A stretch of DNA of 64,000 nt from Anolis carolinensis (Eukaryota): positions 217,473,971 to 217,537,970 of the forward strand of contig NC_085843.1 of NCBI RefSeq assembly GCF_035594765.1. The letters are read 5' to 3'. This document shows, in pieces, positions 49,593 to 62,376 of the stretch. The translations under genes and the position numbers were made by a program. Numbering within the stretch: the stretch's first letter is position 1; each line of letters starts with the position of its first letter. The notes below the pieces were generated by a model, which saw nothing but the letters and a program-made list of their open reading frames with translations, made no database searches and had not been told where the DNA came from.

Positions 49593-51229
49593 CTGATGGC
49601 TGTCTGTACAAAGGCTTGGACCGAAACCAATTGTCCAGAGGGCTGCTGAGCCCCAGGATACTCTGGAGTTTCCAGAAAATCCTGACTTTGCTTAAAGTGG
49701 GGTTGACAGTGTAGATTAGACTGGTGTAGACAAGCCCTGGTATTGGCCACAGGGAACATAAAACTCCCTTGCAGCAGCTGGTCTCCTGGATTCCAGCCTG
49801 CTTCCAGGCACAATGCAAAGTACTGGTTGGACTATAAAGCCATATGGTGTTCAGGTCCAGGCAGTTTGAAGGCATTTATCTTCCTATATGAGCTCTGCTA
49901 TCATGGCTCTTCTTTTGGTTCTACTCCCAGGCAAGTTGGTAAGAAGAAGGAAGGAGGCCTTTTTGGTGGCTACTCTCAGACTTTAGAACTCTCTTCCAGC
50001 AAAGGCAAGGATGACTTCCTCCTTGATCCCTTTCTTCCAGCAAGTGAAAACTTCCCTTTTCCACAAGGCTTTTAGGAACTGACTGTGATGGGCTTTTAAC
50101 AATGTGGTGTTTTGTTGATTTTTGAAATATTGTGTCAAGAGTTTAAAATGGTTTTAACTCTAGAGGTTGTTTATTTGTTAAGATTATATATATTTGCGTG
50201 ATATGCATATTTGTGCGTATTTACTGATGTTTTTGTATGTTTTTAATTTGTATTGCTTTTCATGATTTGTAAAATGCCTTTGGTTCCACTGTTGAGAAAA
50301 ATGGGACAAAATGCATCTTAAAATTATGAAAAGGTATAAAGTATTACAACAATAGTAACTTCTCTCTTCCTCTTCCTCTGTGGTTTCTTTTTGAAGACAG
50401 ACTATCAGGTAAAACCACACATAATTGTAGGATGTTTAGGAAGAAATACCTCCAGACCCCCTTTCTCATGCAGACACTAACGTTTTTCTCAACTGCTTCT
50501 CAACCATGTAATTATGCATATGGGATCAAATCCTTCAAAGTGGTTTAGGAAATTAGATGTTCTAATTCTCATGTAACTGGAGGCCAAACCATGTTATTAA
50601 TTTGAAAAACAGCACCACAGCCATAGCTGTGCCAGCTGTTGCTTATTGTCTGAACAAGTTGGTTAGCAGGTTCGGAAATGGCCAGGAGTCTTTGTTTTGC
50701 TATAATCTTAACTTGAATTGAAGTGTTAGCTAACATTCTTGTTATATTTTTAGACTTGCAGCCACATTTCAAAAGGTAAAATGTATCCATCTGTCTTATA
50801 CCCAGTAGGCCACTGGCTGATTTGAACTGGACTTTTCTGCAGCAGTTAATCTGTGTTTCAGATTGGAATATTTCCCAGACATCCCTGGAGATGACAAAGA
50901 TTGGCCTTGGGATTTTTTGTATGGAAATTGTGTGCCGTCTTGTAGAACTGCAGCCCTTTCTGTTCTAAGCTGCTGCTAGTTTGTAGACATCACAGAAATG
51001 CTGCCTCATCTTGGCACGTTTTCCTAGTGTTGGCTGTTTTCCTGCTAAGAACAGGCCAGTAACCATAACACTAAAGTGTCTGCCAAACCAGATGGATGTC
51101 ATGGCCAGAACTGTTACAGGAATTAGATCAGAAGGCATTGTTAAAGGTCAGGATTTGAAAGTGGGTTGGGAAAAGTTTTCAGGAAAAAATCTTGCACTGT
51201 CCCTTCCAGCTTTAAATAAATAAAAAAAT

Positions 51230-51450
51230 GGGCTGGTGTGAGTTTTCCAGGCTGTATGACCATGTTTCAGTAGCATTCTCTCCTGATTTGCCTGCATCTG
51301 TGACCGGCATCTTCAGAGATTTGTTCTGAAGATGCCTGCCACAGATGCAGGTGAAATGAAAGGAGATAATAGTATTGAAACATGGCCATACAGACTGAAA
51401 ACTCACAGCAACCCGATGATTGTGGACATGAAGGCCTTCAGCAACACATT
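51230..51450 (+). mobile_element. Fold-back mini-Penelope (older copy)
   Basis: Inverted arms 51230-51317 and 51325-51414, each with a decayed hammerhead, plus tail ...CATGAAGGCCTTCAGCAACACATT. A-rich flanks resemble a TSD. Confidence 0.75.
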
Positions 51451-51649
51451 AAACAAAAAATAATTCAAATTCTCCCACCTGCCTTCCATTAGTGTAAAGA
51501 GGAAAATACATGAAGGATTGAGCCATATGCCATCTTAAATGTATAGCACAACTAATTGTTAATTTCATTTTATTCTGAAGAGCTAAATCTAATTTCTAGT
51601 CCTAGCTCAGGTAGATCAGTTGCATACATTTCTGAATAGCAAGTCTATA

Positions 51650-51973
51650 CAGTAGAGTCTCACTTATCCAAGCTAAATGGGCCGGCAGAAGCTTGGATAA
51701 GCTAATAACTTGAATAATAAGGAAGGATTAAGGAAAAAGCCTATTAAACATCAAATTAGGTTATGATTTTACAAATTAAGCACCAAAACTTCATGTTATA
51801 CAACAAATTTGACAGAAAAAGTAGTTCAATACGCAGTAATGTTATGTTGTAATTACTGTATGTACAAATTTAGCACCAAAATATCACAATATATTGAAAA
51901 CATTGACTACAAAAATGGCTTGGATTATCCAGAGGCTTGGATAAGCGAGGCTTGGATTAGTGAGACTCTACTG
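51650..51973. mobile_element. Tc1/mariner MITE (same family as 32198, opposite orientation)
   Basis: TIR CAGTAGAGTCTCACT; TA TSD. Confidence 0.92.
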
Positions 51974-54810
51974 TACTTCTTCTCATAGTAATTTAAATGA
52001 AAGAGTTTTACCTTTCTTGGAGGTAGAAACCTCAAAGAGTTAAGTCCCAGTTGATCAACTCCCTTATGTTAAAGGCTCCACTTTTGCAGCTAAAGTCTTC
52101 AAATCCAGGAAATATATTCATATTCAAGGGTAGTCACTGTTTCCCATGGAGCAATATACAACAAAAGGGCAATTTATCTTGAACAGGATACAGATTGCCT
52201 AGAGGTACTTCCAGACAGCATCATAATCCAGGTCAAAGAAGTGGGGCAAAATCAGAGTGGGGCAAAGAAATGGGGGCAAAGACCTGACAGCAAGTCTAAA
52301 CATAGACCTGTCAGTCCCGGTAAAATTTTCCCCACTGTCATAGAATCATAGAATAATAGAGTTGGAAGAGACCACATGGGCCATCTAGTCCAACCCCCTG
52401 CCACTCTACCACCTTCATTTTTAATGGATTTTAGAAATCTGCAAGATGGAAGGGAGACATCTGGCAGAAATTTACTTAATTGACTCTCCGAGATTCACTA
52501 GACCTGAAATGCACTGATGCGGATATCTAAATGTGCACACAAATAGATTTATTATCTCTCCTCACCCTACTGTAAATTTAAGCTCTGTTTAATTTCATAG
52601 ACATCAAAACAAAAGAATAGTTGCAGAGAGTTATCATTGTAGTTGTGTTTCCATTTAGCTACCTGTTTATTCATGGCTCCATTTGTTTACAGCCTGGATC
52701 TGCTGTTTAGAGATTTTAATATACGCACATGTGCTGGAGCAGTCAACATCATGTGTTTTCCTTGACTTCAGGGTTATAGGATCATATGAATATGAACATT
52801 TTTCAGCTGAAATCAGGTTTTAAATGCACCTTTTTAGCACATGTTTTTCAGCTGTTAATCTGAATCAGTGTGCATTTTCCTTTAAATGTCATTTAGCCAC
52901 CACCCCTTTTATCCCAGTTTCTTCTGCATTTTAGGGCCTGAGTAGAAGGGCCCTAGATCTCAATTGAATATACTTTGCTGCTGCTGCTAATGAATTTGCA
53001 TTTTGCTAATGTTTTCCTGCCCCATTGTCCCTGATTCCCAAATGGCCAAGAAGGGGAGTGGCCTCAGCTTGCAATAAAATCCTTCTAGAAACTTTAATTG
53101 ACAACAGAAGTTATATATGACAGGGCTGTGATTCTAACATTATCACTTTTCTTCTGTATAATTTTAACACCTTTCTGTGATGAAGCTGATTAAGTTTTGA
53201 GTGATTGCATGATGTGCAGTATTTTATGCTTTTTAGTTGGTCCAATAAAGATAACACTGTTTCATGGATTTTGAATTTTGTTGCATTAATACCAGTGTAA
53301 CCATATAGGGTAGTAATTCTGGAATTATGGTATAGACTCTTCTAGCAACTTACTCATTTGGAAGAACTGCAGTTTCTGTCCAAACAATGAATCAGGGTGT
53401 CAGGGTAGGGGCATTTACAGAGTTAACCTAGTAGTGAGAGCTTTATTCTAAAGATAAATGGTTTGCATGATATTCCTCCCTGATTATGCCCAAAAGGAAA
53501 GAGCACTTTGGTTGAGTCCTTTTCATATCATGCCTTCTGGCCTTCAAAAGGAAAGAAAAACATAGCCATGCTTCTTACGCACACCTCCTTTTCATCTCTC
53601 TCAATACCAGTGATATGAAAGCATTATTATTCCTATCTGTATTTTCCCACTCTTCCCCTCGGATCATGGCTGTGTTTTGAAATATATTATTTGACATTTC
53701 CCCCCTCGGTGGTGATCCATGCCCCTTAATCTAAAGATCCCCAGGACATAATATTTAGTTGTGCATGGTCTTCTAAACTAGCAAATCAGTTTGACTGAAA
53801 CATCCCCTTTTAAAAATCAGTTTCTCTGTTTTTTAAAAATTGGTTTGTATTCTGGGCTGTAGTGGTATTTTCTTTTATTCCAGTGTGTTTGTTACAATAG
53901 CTAGTGTCATGATATAGCTTTTGTCATAGTTAAGCCATATTTACACAATTCATATACTGCCTTTGAGGTGTGTAAGGATTTTTTTCAACCCACTCCTAAC
54001 TGGACATGGAGCTCCATCTGGACTTTTGGCCATCAGGGCCTTCCCATTCTAATATCAACAACCATTTGAAAGAGGGCATCAGATGATATTGTTGGCAAGA
54101 TATAAGAGAAGAGAATTGCTCAAGGAATATGACCCTAAGCTTTCCCCACCTTAGTTTTGTGCCCCCCTCCCACCAAATAAGCAGAAGAGCTTTTATGGGG
54201 GTAAGGGAACTTGCCCAAAAGTATGGTTGTCTATTTGGAGGTAAAGGAGCTGGTGTTGTGTAGTAATTTGTGTGTTGGACCAGCACTCTGGAAAGTAGAG
54301 TTTCAATCCCCAGACAAGCATGGAAACCTATTGAATATCTTTGGACAAGTCACACTCCTGTAGCCTTAGAAGAAGGTAATGGGAAACCTTCTCCAAGGAC
54401 TTGATGAGCCTCTGAAGTGGTTCCTGATGCCATCAGAAGTTACCCACATCTATTCCAAAAACATGCAGTTGGATTCCACATTTTTTTCACCGTATTTTTT
54501 CATGCGTTCATTTGATCATATGCCTGGAAAATATGCAAATAAAGCTAGTATTCTCTAAAATGGGTGTGTGTTTGAAATATTAAGTGCCCAGTTTTTGTGA
54601 GGTCCACTTGGTTTTCTGCTTTTTCTAAAAGGATACTCTCATTGGATTGTTGTATGTTTTCTTTGTTAGCTTTGTTAGGATGCCCCCAGGCAGAAAGTAG
54701 CCAGTAGAATAAGCCATTCAATGCAAATTAGGGTGATTAACTGCAACATTCACACTGGCCTCCAACTGACAAGAGTTCTTCCCTCACCCTGGACTTCCAA
54801 CAGATATATA

Positions 54811-55229
54811 CCGTGTTTCCCCAAAAATAAGACAGTGTCTTATATTAATTTTTGCTCCCAAAGATGTGCTAGGTCTTATTTTCAGGGGATGTCTTATTTT
54901 TCTATGAAGAAGAATTTACATTTATTGTTGAACAACAAATTAACATTTATTATATACTGTACAGTAGTTGTCATCACAAACCAACATAACCAGACAAACT
55001 GTGAATCCTATCAAGAATTTCTTGTTACTACCATTATTTCCATGTACAGCTGGTATGTACATTTACCAATCCTGCATGCTCTGGTGTTCTGTTTGGCAGG
55101 CACTGGGCATGCTTCCAAACAAAAACTTTGCTAGGTCTTACTTTCGGGGGAGGCCTTATATTGAGCAATTCAGCAAAACTTCTACTAGGTCTTATTTTTC
55201 GGGGATGTCTTATTTTTGGGAAAACAGGG
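54811..55229. mobile_element. Tc1/mariner (pogo/Tc2-like) MITE in Penelope
   Basis: TIR CCGTGTTTCCCCAAAAATAAGACA; TA TSD; subterminal CTAGGTCTTA repeats. Confidence 0.88.
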
Positions 55230-55267
55230 TATAAACCTTCCTTGCTGAGTTCCTCCATACCTCACAA

Positions 55268-55308
55268 CCTCTGAGGATGCCTGCCATAGATGTGGGTGAA
55301 ACGTCAGG
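55268..55308 (+). ncRNA. Minimal hammerhead ribozyme motif (Penelope), intron 2 sense strand
   Basis: CCT CTGAGGA T GCCTGC CATAGAT GTGGGT GAAA CGTC AGG. Core intact; closing pair of stem II is G-U. Confidence 0.65.
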
Positions 55309-55365
55309 AGAGACTACTTCTAGAACATGGCCATACAGCCCAGAAATCATACAACAACCCTGTGA

Positions 55366-55471
55366 TTTATATTGTATTGTTTTGGGCATGGCCCCATGTA
55401 AGCCGCCCCGAGTCCCCGTTGGGGAGATGGTGGCGGGGTATAAATAAAGTTTTATTATTATTATTATTATT
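55366..55471 (+). mobile_element. Very short L2 3' insertion inside the Penelope tail
   Basis: Nearly identical to the reverse complement of 25940-26040; TGAT duplicated at both ends. Confidence 0.85.
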
Positions 55472-58104
55472 ATGATCCCGGCCATGAAAGTCTTCGACAA
55501 CACATTGATACTCTCACTGTAAATGAAAAGCATACACCAATAATGATTCTATTTGCAGTGAAATGGGAAAGTACTCTGATTAGAGAGAGGAGGTTGCAGT
55601 TGATTTTCCTGTGGCCTTTACAAACAAACTGCTTAATGCACATTATGACCTCATCAGTCTGCAAACTGCTTAATGCACATTATGTCCTCATCATACGGGG
55701 CTAAATTCAGCAGCAAATGCTGATCTAGCCTCGGTCCCCCACGGAGCCAGATGGCTCCCATCAAACGATATCGTGCCGGCTCCGTGGGTGCAGAGGGGTG
55801 GAACCGGCATGCCACTGCCTCCCTGGCAACATAGGAGGCTTCCCGTGTTGCCCAATCTATGGGGGGAAGCTGCACACACCACATGTGCTCCATGTTTCTC
55901 CCCCCCCCCCATGTGATTGCCCTACTGGCAAGATGGGTAATGCGAGGCGTAGGGCCCCAGGTTCCCCACGCCTTGCAACATAGCGGACTGCTGCCTCCTT
56001 CTGCTGCTAGTTGTCTGATTAGGTGGTTAAGCAGCTCCCAGTATGTGTTGCATGATTTTTCTATGCCAAATCCTATGTCTTCTAGTATTGGGTTGAAATA
56101 GGATTTTGATTTTCACTTACACTTTGAGGCAAAAGACATTATTCTATTGAAACATTGTGAGTGTGCATCTATGTTGAACTTGTGTAATTTTAAATGGATG
56201 TTTTTATAATGGATGTTTTAATTATCTGTTTTAACTGTGATTGTTTTATAGCTTTTGTATTTTTGGCATGTAATGACTGCCGGTTGTGAGACCGTGCTGA
56301 GCCCCCCTTTGGGGGGTGAGATGGACATGATACAAATGTATGAAATAAATAATAAATAAATATGTTTGAAGGAGGATAGAAATATTTCCATATTTTGTGG
56401 CCATGTCAACGCTTCTTCAGAAGTTGATGAAAATAGTAAAAAAGACTAAATCAGGTAGAGATCAGATATGTGATTTTAAAATCTCATCACATTTGCAGTG
56501 TGACACTTGATTAGTTTATTCTGCCATTCATAGGAAGGAGATAATCCAGTAAAAAGAAATTATAATTTTGCTTCAGTACCAAAGAGATTGCAAATTGAAT
56601 GTAGGTGATGGAGAATGGGGAAAATTTCCATCAAATGGAACAGTTGCTGCAAACTGTTGAAAGACCATTCATTGGACATCCTAGCAATCCCCAAGTTACG
56701 AACAAGTTAGGTTCTGTAGGTTTATTCTTAAGTTGAATTTGTTTGTAAATCAAAACAGGTACATTTCTTAAGTGTAACTCCAGCCAATTTTTAAAGCTTT
56801 GGATAGGGAAGGATTAACACCCATGTAGTGTCCAGAAGATTTCACCTCACTTTCTATCCCTGTGATAATTGAATTTTGAAAAGTGACTTGTTGTGGAAAC
56901 ATAGATTGGTGATAAAGCTTAAGTGGTAACACATTTTCCCCTTGATAACTTTTACAGGAATGAATTTCCTTTCCGAGGGGTAGATTTCACTCACTTCCTG
57001 TTGTCTAACTCACATTCTTAACTAGGAGTCATTTGTAACTGCCTATATTTAGTATGTGCTGGTTCAAGGTTTGCTAGACAGAAAGAACTCAGTTACTTGG
57101 GAAAGTGTAGGAATGAATATGTCTTTGCCTATTAAATGTGTTGTTGGATAATGAAAGAGCCTAATGTAAAAGTGGCCTCTACAATTTGATGGAAAACTAA
57201 CTGTGTACTTCTGTTGGTTACTTCTGCTCCACCCTTCCTCTAGCAGTTACCCATAAAAAAAACTGTTCCAAAGGTCTGGAAAACCCTTTGGAATGGGTTT
57301 TTGGCACCACAAAGAGCTGCTTCTACAGGAAAGGGAGAGGAAGAAAACCCCATTTCTGATGCAATTGGATTATGAATTACACTATTGGATCGGGTCTTGG
57401 CCTTTAAGTTATTCAATATTTTAAAAAATGTGAGCAAGAGAATTTGGCTTTGTTTTTTTCTGGCAATAGTTTGGAAGCAAGCTCTCCCTTTTCGTGTTTG
57501 GCTAGGCTTTCTGTTTATTTATTTGTATTGCTACGTCTGTGTTTGGCCCCATCACAATGTTTTGATGGTACCCTTCTTCCTGATTGATCTTTTCTTATGG
57601 GGAAAAAACCCTGGCTACCTGTCTGAGTGTGTATTCTTATTTAACTGCAAAGGTAAATATATAAAAATACCTCCTACAATTTTTTAATACTGCCATTGAT
57701 AATATTTTTCTCCATTTCCATGAACTTGTGTTGTTGTGGACTAGTTAATATGGAGTTGTGGGGATCAAGATTTTTCCAGACATGGCATGACTTCTATAAA
57801 CCCATAAGGCAGTTTCTGGCAAGTTGCTATCTCTGAACCACAGCCTCGCCATGTACAATATACAATAAAATCCTATGTGCATGCTGTGTCTATGGGAGTG
57901 GGCAAGGTACATGTCTATCTGGTCTGTGGTTGTGTTGGAGATCATGAAAGACTTTATGGTGCTACAAGATCCATTGTAGTCCTAGGACTGCACTATTTCA
58001 GAATACAGATGCTGGTGTCAGTGTTTGTGTGTTTCTCTACATCAAAAATTCCCTGGATTTGGAAAACTATGCTAGAAACTTGATTTGAGATAACTATGCT
58101 AGAG

Positions 58105-58712
58105 AGAACCAGTGTGGTGTAGGGCACTCAGCACTGAATGATGTCTCTGGAGACCAGGTTTCAAATCCCCGCTTGACTATGGAAACCCACTGAGTGACTT
58201 CAGACAAGTCACTCTCTCTTGGCCTCAGATGAAGATAAAGTCAACCCTGTCAGAGTAATTTACGCAGCGCAGCAGTAGTTGGATGGAGTCAGTGGAACAT
58301 AGAACGAAGAGACATCAGAGACGATGGTAAAACTATATACAAGTTTTACTGTAAGCAGTAATACACAAGACAAACAGACTTGCAGACGAACACAGGACTT
58401 AACTTCTCAGCAGACAGCACTCGACACAACTCAGAACAGAACTGATGCAATCAGCAATGCTTACACACTTGTGTCTGGACACTCCCCAGTTCCAGCCCCA
58501 CATCAAGGTCATCACAGCTTCTTAGTAATTAACTCTTTACAGACTATAGTACACTCTGGATGATGCAATCAGTATGCAATACAGGCAAGACACAAATTTC
58601 ATTTAAACACTATCAATACACAAATCCCACATTAACAAACCCCTCCTCTCACACTGAATAAATCTTACCAAGAAAACCCAATGATAGGTTCACCTTATAG
58701 TTACCATACAAT
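58105..58712 (+). mobile_element. MIR/CORE-like SINE interrupted by a solo LTR (related copies near 12400-15000, 18140, 24270, 42340, 45420, 54250)
   Basis: TGTGGTGTAG...GGTTTCAAATCCCCGC...GTGACTT...ACAAGTCAC CORE-like motifs. Confidence 0.7.
58248..58637 (-). mobile_element. Solo LTR (BEL/Gypsy-like), 390 bp
   Basis: TGT...ACA termini, perfect 5-bp TSD AACCC, AGTAAA signal on the minus strand. Confidence 0.85.
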
Positions 58713-58888
58713 GGTAGAAAACACCAACAGCAATGCTAGAAACATCAATGTGCTTGCTTTGTTTAGATAAGGCAGTTGTTTAATGTATGGAACATTTCAA
58801 TATGTCATTGACTTCTCCCCCTCCACTTCCAGTAATGGTGCATTCCAAATATCACTTTTTGTTTTGAACCCTTAAATCGGCTTAAAAG

Positions 58889-59200
58889 ATAAAGGTAAAG
58901 GTTCTCCCCTGACATTAAGTCTAGTTGTTTCCGACTCTGGGATTTGGTGCTCATCTCCATTTCTAAGCCGAAGAGCTGGCGTTGTCCGTAGACGCCTCCA
59001 AGGTCATGTGGCCGGCATGACTGCATGGAGCACCGTTACCTTCCTGCCAGAGCGGGACCTATTGATCTCACATTTGCATGTTTTCAGACTGCTGGGGCTA
59101 ACAGTGGGAGCTCACCTGCTCCCCGGATTCGAACCACTGACCTTTCAGTCAGCAAGTTCAGCAGCTCAGCAGTTTAACCCACTGCACCACCAGAAGCTCC
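58889..59200 (-). mobile_element. Sauria SINE
   Basis: Full-length with small internal deletion; TSD TAAAT(C/T)GGCTTA. Confidence 0.92.
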
Positions 59201-59869
59201 GTAAATTGGCTTAGATAATATCTACGTCCATGAAAAATACCCAATTTTTTTGTTTTGCTTTTTCATAATTGGTAAAAATATACAGTAGTCTAGAGATTTA
59301 AGGTCCATCCATATATTCACCATGTCTGCTGTAAATAAAATGTTTAAGACCAAACTTTACCAGATAGCTGGCAAGCAATTGCAGGCTTTGGCAAGGATTT
59401 CTTATTGCTCTCCTGTGCTGGGAACTGCCAGGAGGTTCGGCCAAGCAAATTTCTGTTGGCTCAAAGTGGGTGCTAAACTCCAGGGTTGCAGACAAGATTC
59501 CAGAGGAGAAATGTGAAACGTCTGGTGCCAGGCCTGTTGGGGAAGTGAAAATAATGGGATTAGGCTTCTGTTTGGGTTCCTTTGGGGACACTTTGCTTGC
59601 ATGTCGGCAGCTTTGATTCTGCTCTAAAAGAAAACAGTAATTCCTTAGACAATATAATTGTTTTTCTTTTTAAATTTAAAATGTGCTGCCGCTAATTGTT
59701 TTTGAAACAAATTGTGTTATCAGAAGTTCAGCAGATGTGGAATTTGATTTTTAAAAAACCCTTGTCGGTTCAGGATCAAAATTGCAGCTATCTGATACTC
59801 CAGTTCTCCAAAGTGATTGACCTGAAAGCTAAAGTAGATGCCTCTTGTCCTGTAATGATGTTATAAGAT

Positions 59870-60195
59870 AACGGTAAAGTTTTCCCCCTGACATTAAATG
59901 TAGTCATGTCCGACTCTGGGGGTTGGTGCTCATCTCCATTTCTAAGCTGAAGACCGGCGTTTTCTGTAGACCTCTCCAAGGTCATGTGACCGGCATGACT
60001 GCATGGAGCGCTGTTACCTTCCTGCAGAAGCGGTACCTATTGATCTCCTCACATTTGATGTTTTCGAACTGCTAGGTTGGCAGAAGCTGGGGCTAATAGT
60101 GGGAGTTCACTCCACTCCCCAGATTCGAACCACCAACTTTTTGGTCAGTAAATTCAATAGCTCAGCAGTTTAACCCGCTGCACCTCTGAGGGCTC
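59870..60195 (-). mobile_element. Sauria SINE
   Basis: Full-length match to the other copies. Confidence 0.92.
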
Positions 60196-61391
60196 TATAT
60201 AATTATTTATAACATGTAATATTTGTGACTCTATATAATGATGTTATATAGAGTCACAAATTGTACTTAAAATATGTAATACACATGTCAACATCAGGCA
60301 TAAATCCACGGCAGGTTCTGGGCCAAAATTATTGAATTTGATTTGACCAATGGATAAGGTCATGCCACAGAGGGAACACCTTGAGCATCCACCCCTGGCC
60401 ACCACTGCCATTTCCCTTTCAGGCATTCAAAAATGCCAGAAGCAGTACCATGGCAGAGAAAGTAGAGGTTTGGCGCTTCTTGCACATTAGGCAGCAGAGG
60501 GATTCCTAGGGAGAACATATCTGCAAAAGTCAAATCCGCAAATGTGGAGGGCCAATTATAGTTAAAAAGTTATTTACAGTTAAGACAGAAGTGGTGCAGC
60601 CTAATGTAGGAAACTGTTGTAGCCACATTGATTTCCAAGTGATGTTTAAGAATTACAGTTGTTCTGCTCAATTGATATGCTGAGAATAAGGTCATTGCCA
60701 CCTATTCAAAGTAAGAGCAATAGAAGGGAAGTATGTACTTCCCTTTCACTCTTCGGTAATTCAACCATACAAACCAATTAGCCTGAAAAATGTGGTATGT
60801 ATGGACAAGTTTGTTTTTTTCCACACATTAACACAGCTGTATGATAATCTGGAGGCACAGATATGGTGACATGGCCAAGCTGGGTTTCAGATTCCCAAAG
60901 AGTTTGTTGATTTAATAGGGACAAAAATATTTCTTAAAAAAATAGTCTGGATTGTTGCAGAGCTTCAAAAGATACTGCTGATGTGAATTATTAAAGGTTG
61001 CTTGCTTCTAGCCAAGAGACGAAGTCAAAGTGGATGATCGTTGAGGGATCCAATAATCTCTGACTCTGTTTACTATGAACTGCAGCAAAGAGATGCCCAA
61101 ATGTAATTTTGGGAAGACAGTCATAACATTGCTGTTTTGTAATAAGTGGGTAAGACAAATAGTTTCTTAATGGTGTCTGGCCATGCAAATGGTGAATTTG
61201 ATGATCAGTGGTGTTCCTGCTTTTTCTCCCAATCCAGAAGCTCTGGTATTCAGTGATACTCATTAATACTCTGCTGTGTACAAGAGATGGGTGGGCGGGG
61301 GAAAAGCATCATATCCCATGTGTTGAATTTTTCTATATCAAGAATTCATTTTCTTACTGTTCTTTCACTGTGTTTTCCCCTGGTTTCCTAG

Positions 61392-61548
61392 GCAGGTTTG
61401 ATCCGAACAGACAACGGTGAGTTTTTTATTGAGCCTCTGGAGCGAGGACAATGGGTGACAGAGAAGAACGGGAGAGCTCATGTGGTCTACCGCAGGTCTG
61501 CTGTCAAACGAGATAGACCAGAAGCATTCAAGGACCATCGTAATGAAG
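61392..61548 (+). CDS. ADAMTS14: ADAMTS14 coding exon 3 (prodomain)
   Basis: Acceptor TTTCCTAG|GCA, donor GAAG|GTACAA. 157 nt encoding AGLIRTDNGEFFIEPLERGQWVTEKNGRAHVVYRRSAVKRDRPEAFKDHRNE, phase-compatible with exons 2 and 4. Confidence 0.95.
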
Positions 61549-62376
61549 GTACAATTATGTCCTTCTGTTGTTTTATGTGCCTTAAAACTACATTGATTCA
61601 TATTAATTCCTCCCATATTCACCCCAGATGGGTTTGCACAGGGGAAATGTGTTGATTCTACACTCTCAGGACAGAAAGAGTCATTTAGTTCCAAACATAA
61701 CTTCTGTCAAGGTGCTGTAAGGGTTCCTGTCCAGATGCTGCCAGTGTTGGCCATTTCCTCACATTCCTCATCTACCTAACATCTGCCTGTCTGAAAATAT
61801 GAACTTAGTGTCTGCTAAATTGTTCCTACTGGTACTGGAAAAACACATATCTTTTGTTTCTTATATGGATACCCCACATTTCCCCTTAGTTTTTCTGGTT
61901 TACTTTTCTGTGCACACACTGATCTTTGCTTTGAGATATACAGATTGCCCCTACATTTTGTGGCGTTAGGAGTTTTCCAACTTCTTTAAACTAGAAAAAA
62001 TGTAAATATAGTGGAAGCAGGGACAAGGCATATGGGGCTGTTCAGACTTCATTGCTGGGAGCTCCTCTGCAGCTGGCATCCTGCCCCCATCCGAAGCAAT
62101 TCTGTTCCAAATATATATTCCGCTTGGAATGTAACTTGCACACTTTACCCTGCCTGTTTTTTCTGTATGCTGAAAAACATATGATAGAGCTGAGGTGGAA
62201 GTCATCAGAACCTCCAGCAATTGTCGTATTGTATCTCCCAGCATTCATCACTTTTGCTGCTGCCACTTTGGATTGTTAGGATAGTATTTAATTGGCACCT
62301 TTTTGTTAGACATCAGAGCAACAATTGTCTGTGGAATAGGAAGAACAAGTTAAGTTCTTAACTTTTCTAGTTCCAG

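Larger units (their letters stand above)
47520..50350 (+). mobile_element. Old L2 fragment split by hAT and SINE insertions
   Basis: 'MDYSNAVYMGLP' L2 RT C-terminal motif at about 47730; 3' part resumes at about 49780-50350. Confidence 0.65.
54680..55507 (+). mobile_element. Penelope 3' fragment with two nested insertions
   Basis: Body 54680-54810, resuming at 55232-55365 (hammerhead) and 55472-55507 (tail). Confidence 0.8.

Noticed and set aside
61392-61396. Alternative exon 3 acceptor CAG| at 61395
   Set aside because: 4 nt downstream, shifts frame; the conserved DGLAGLIRT requires 61392.
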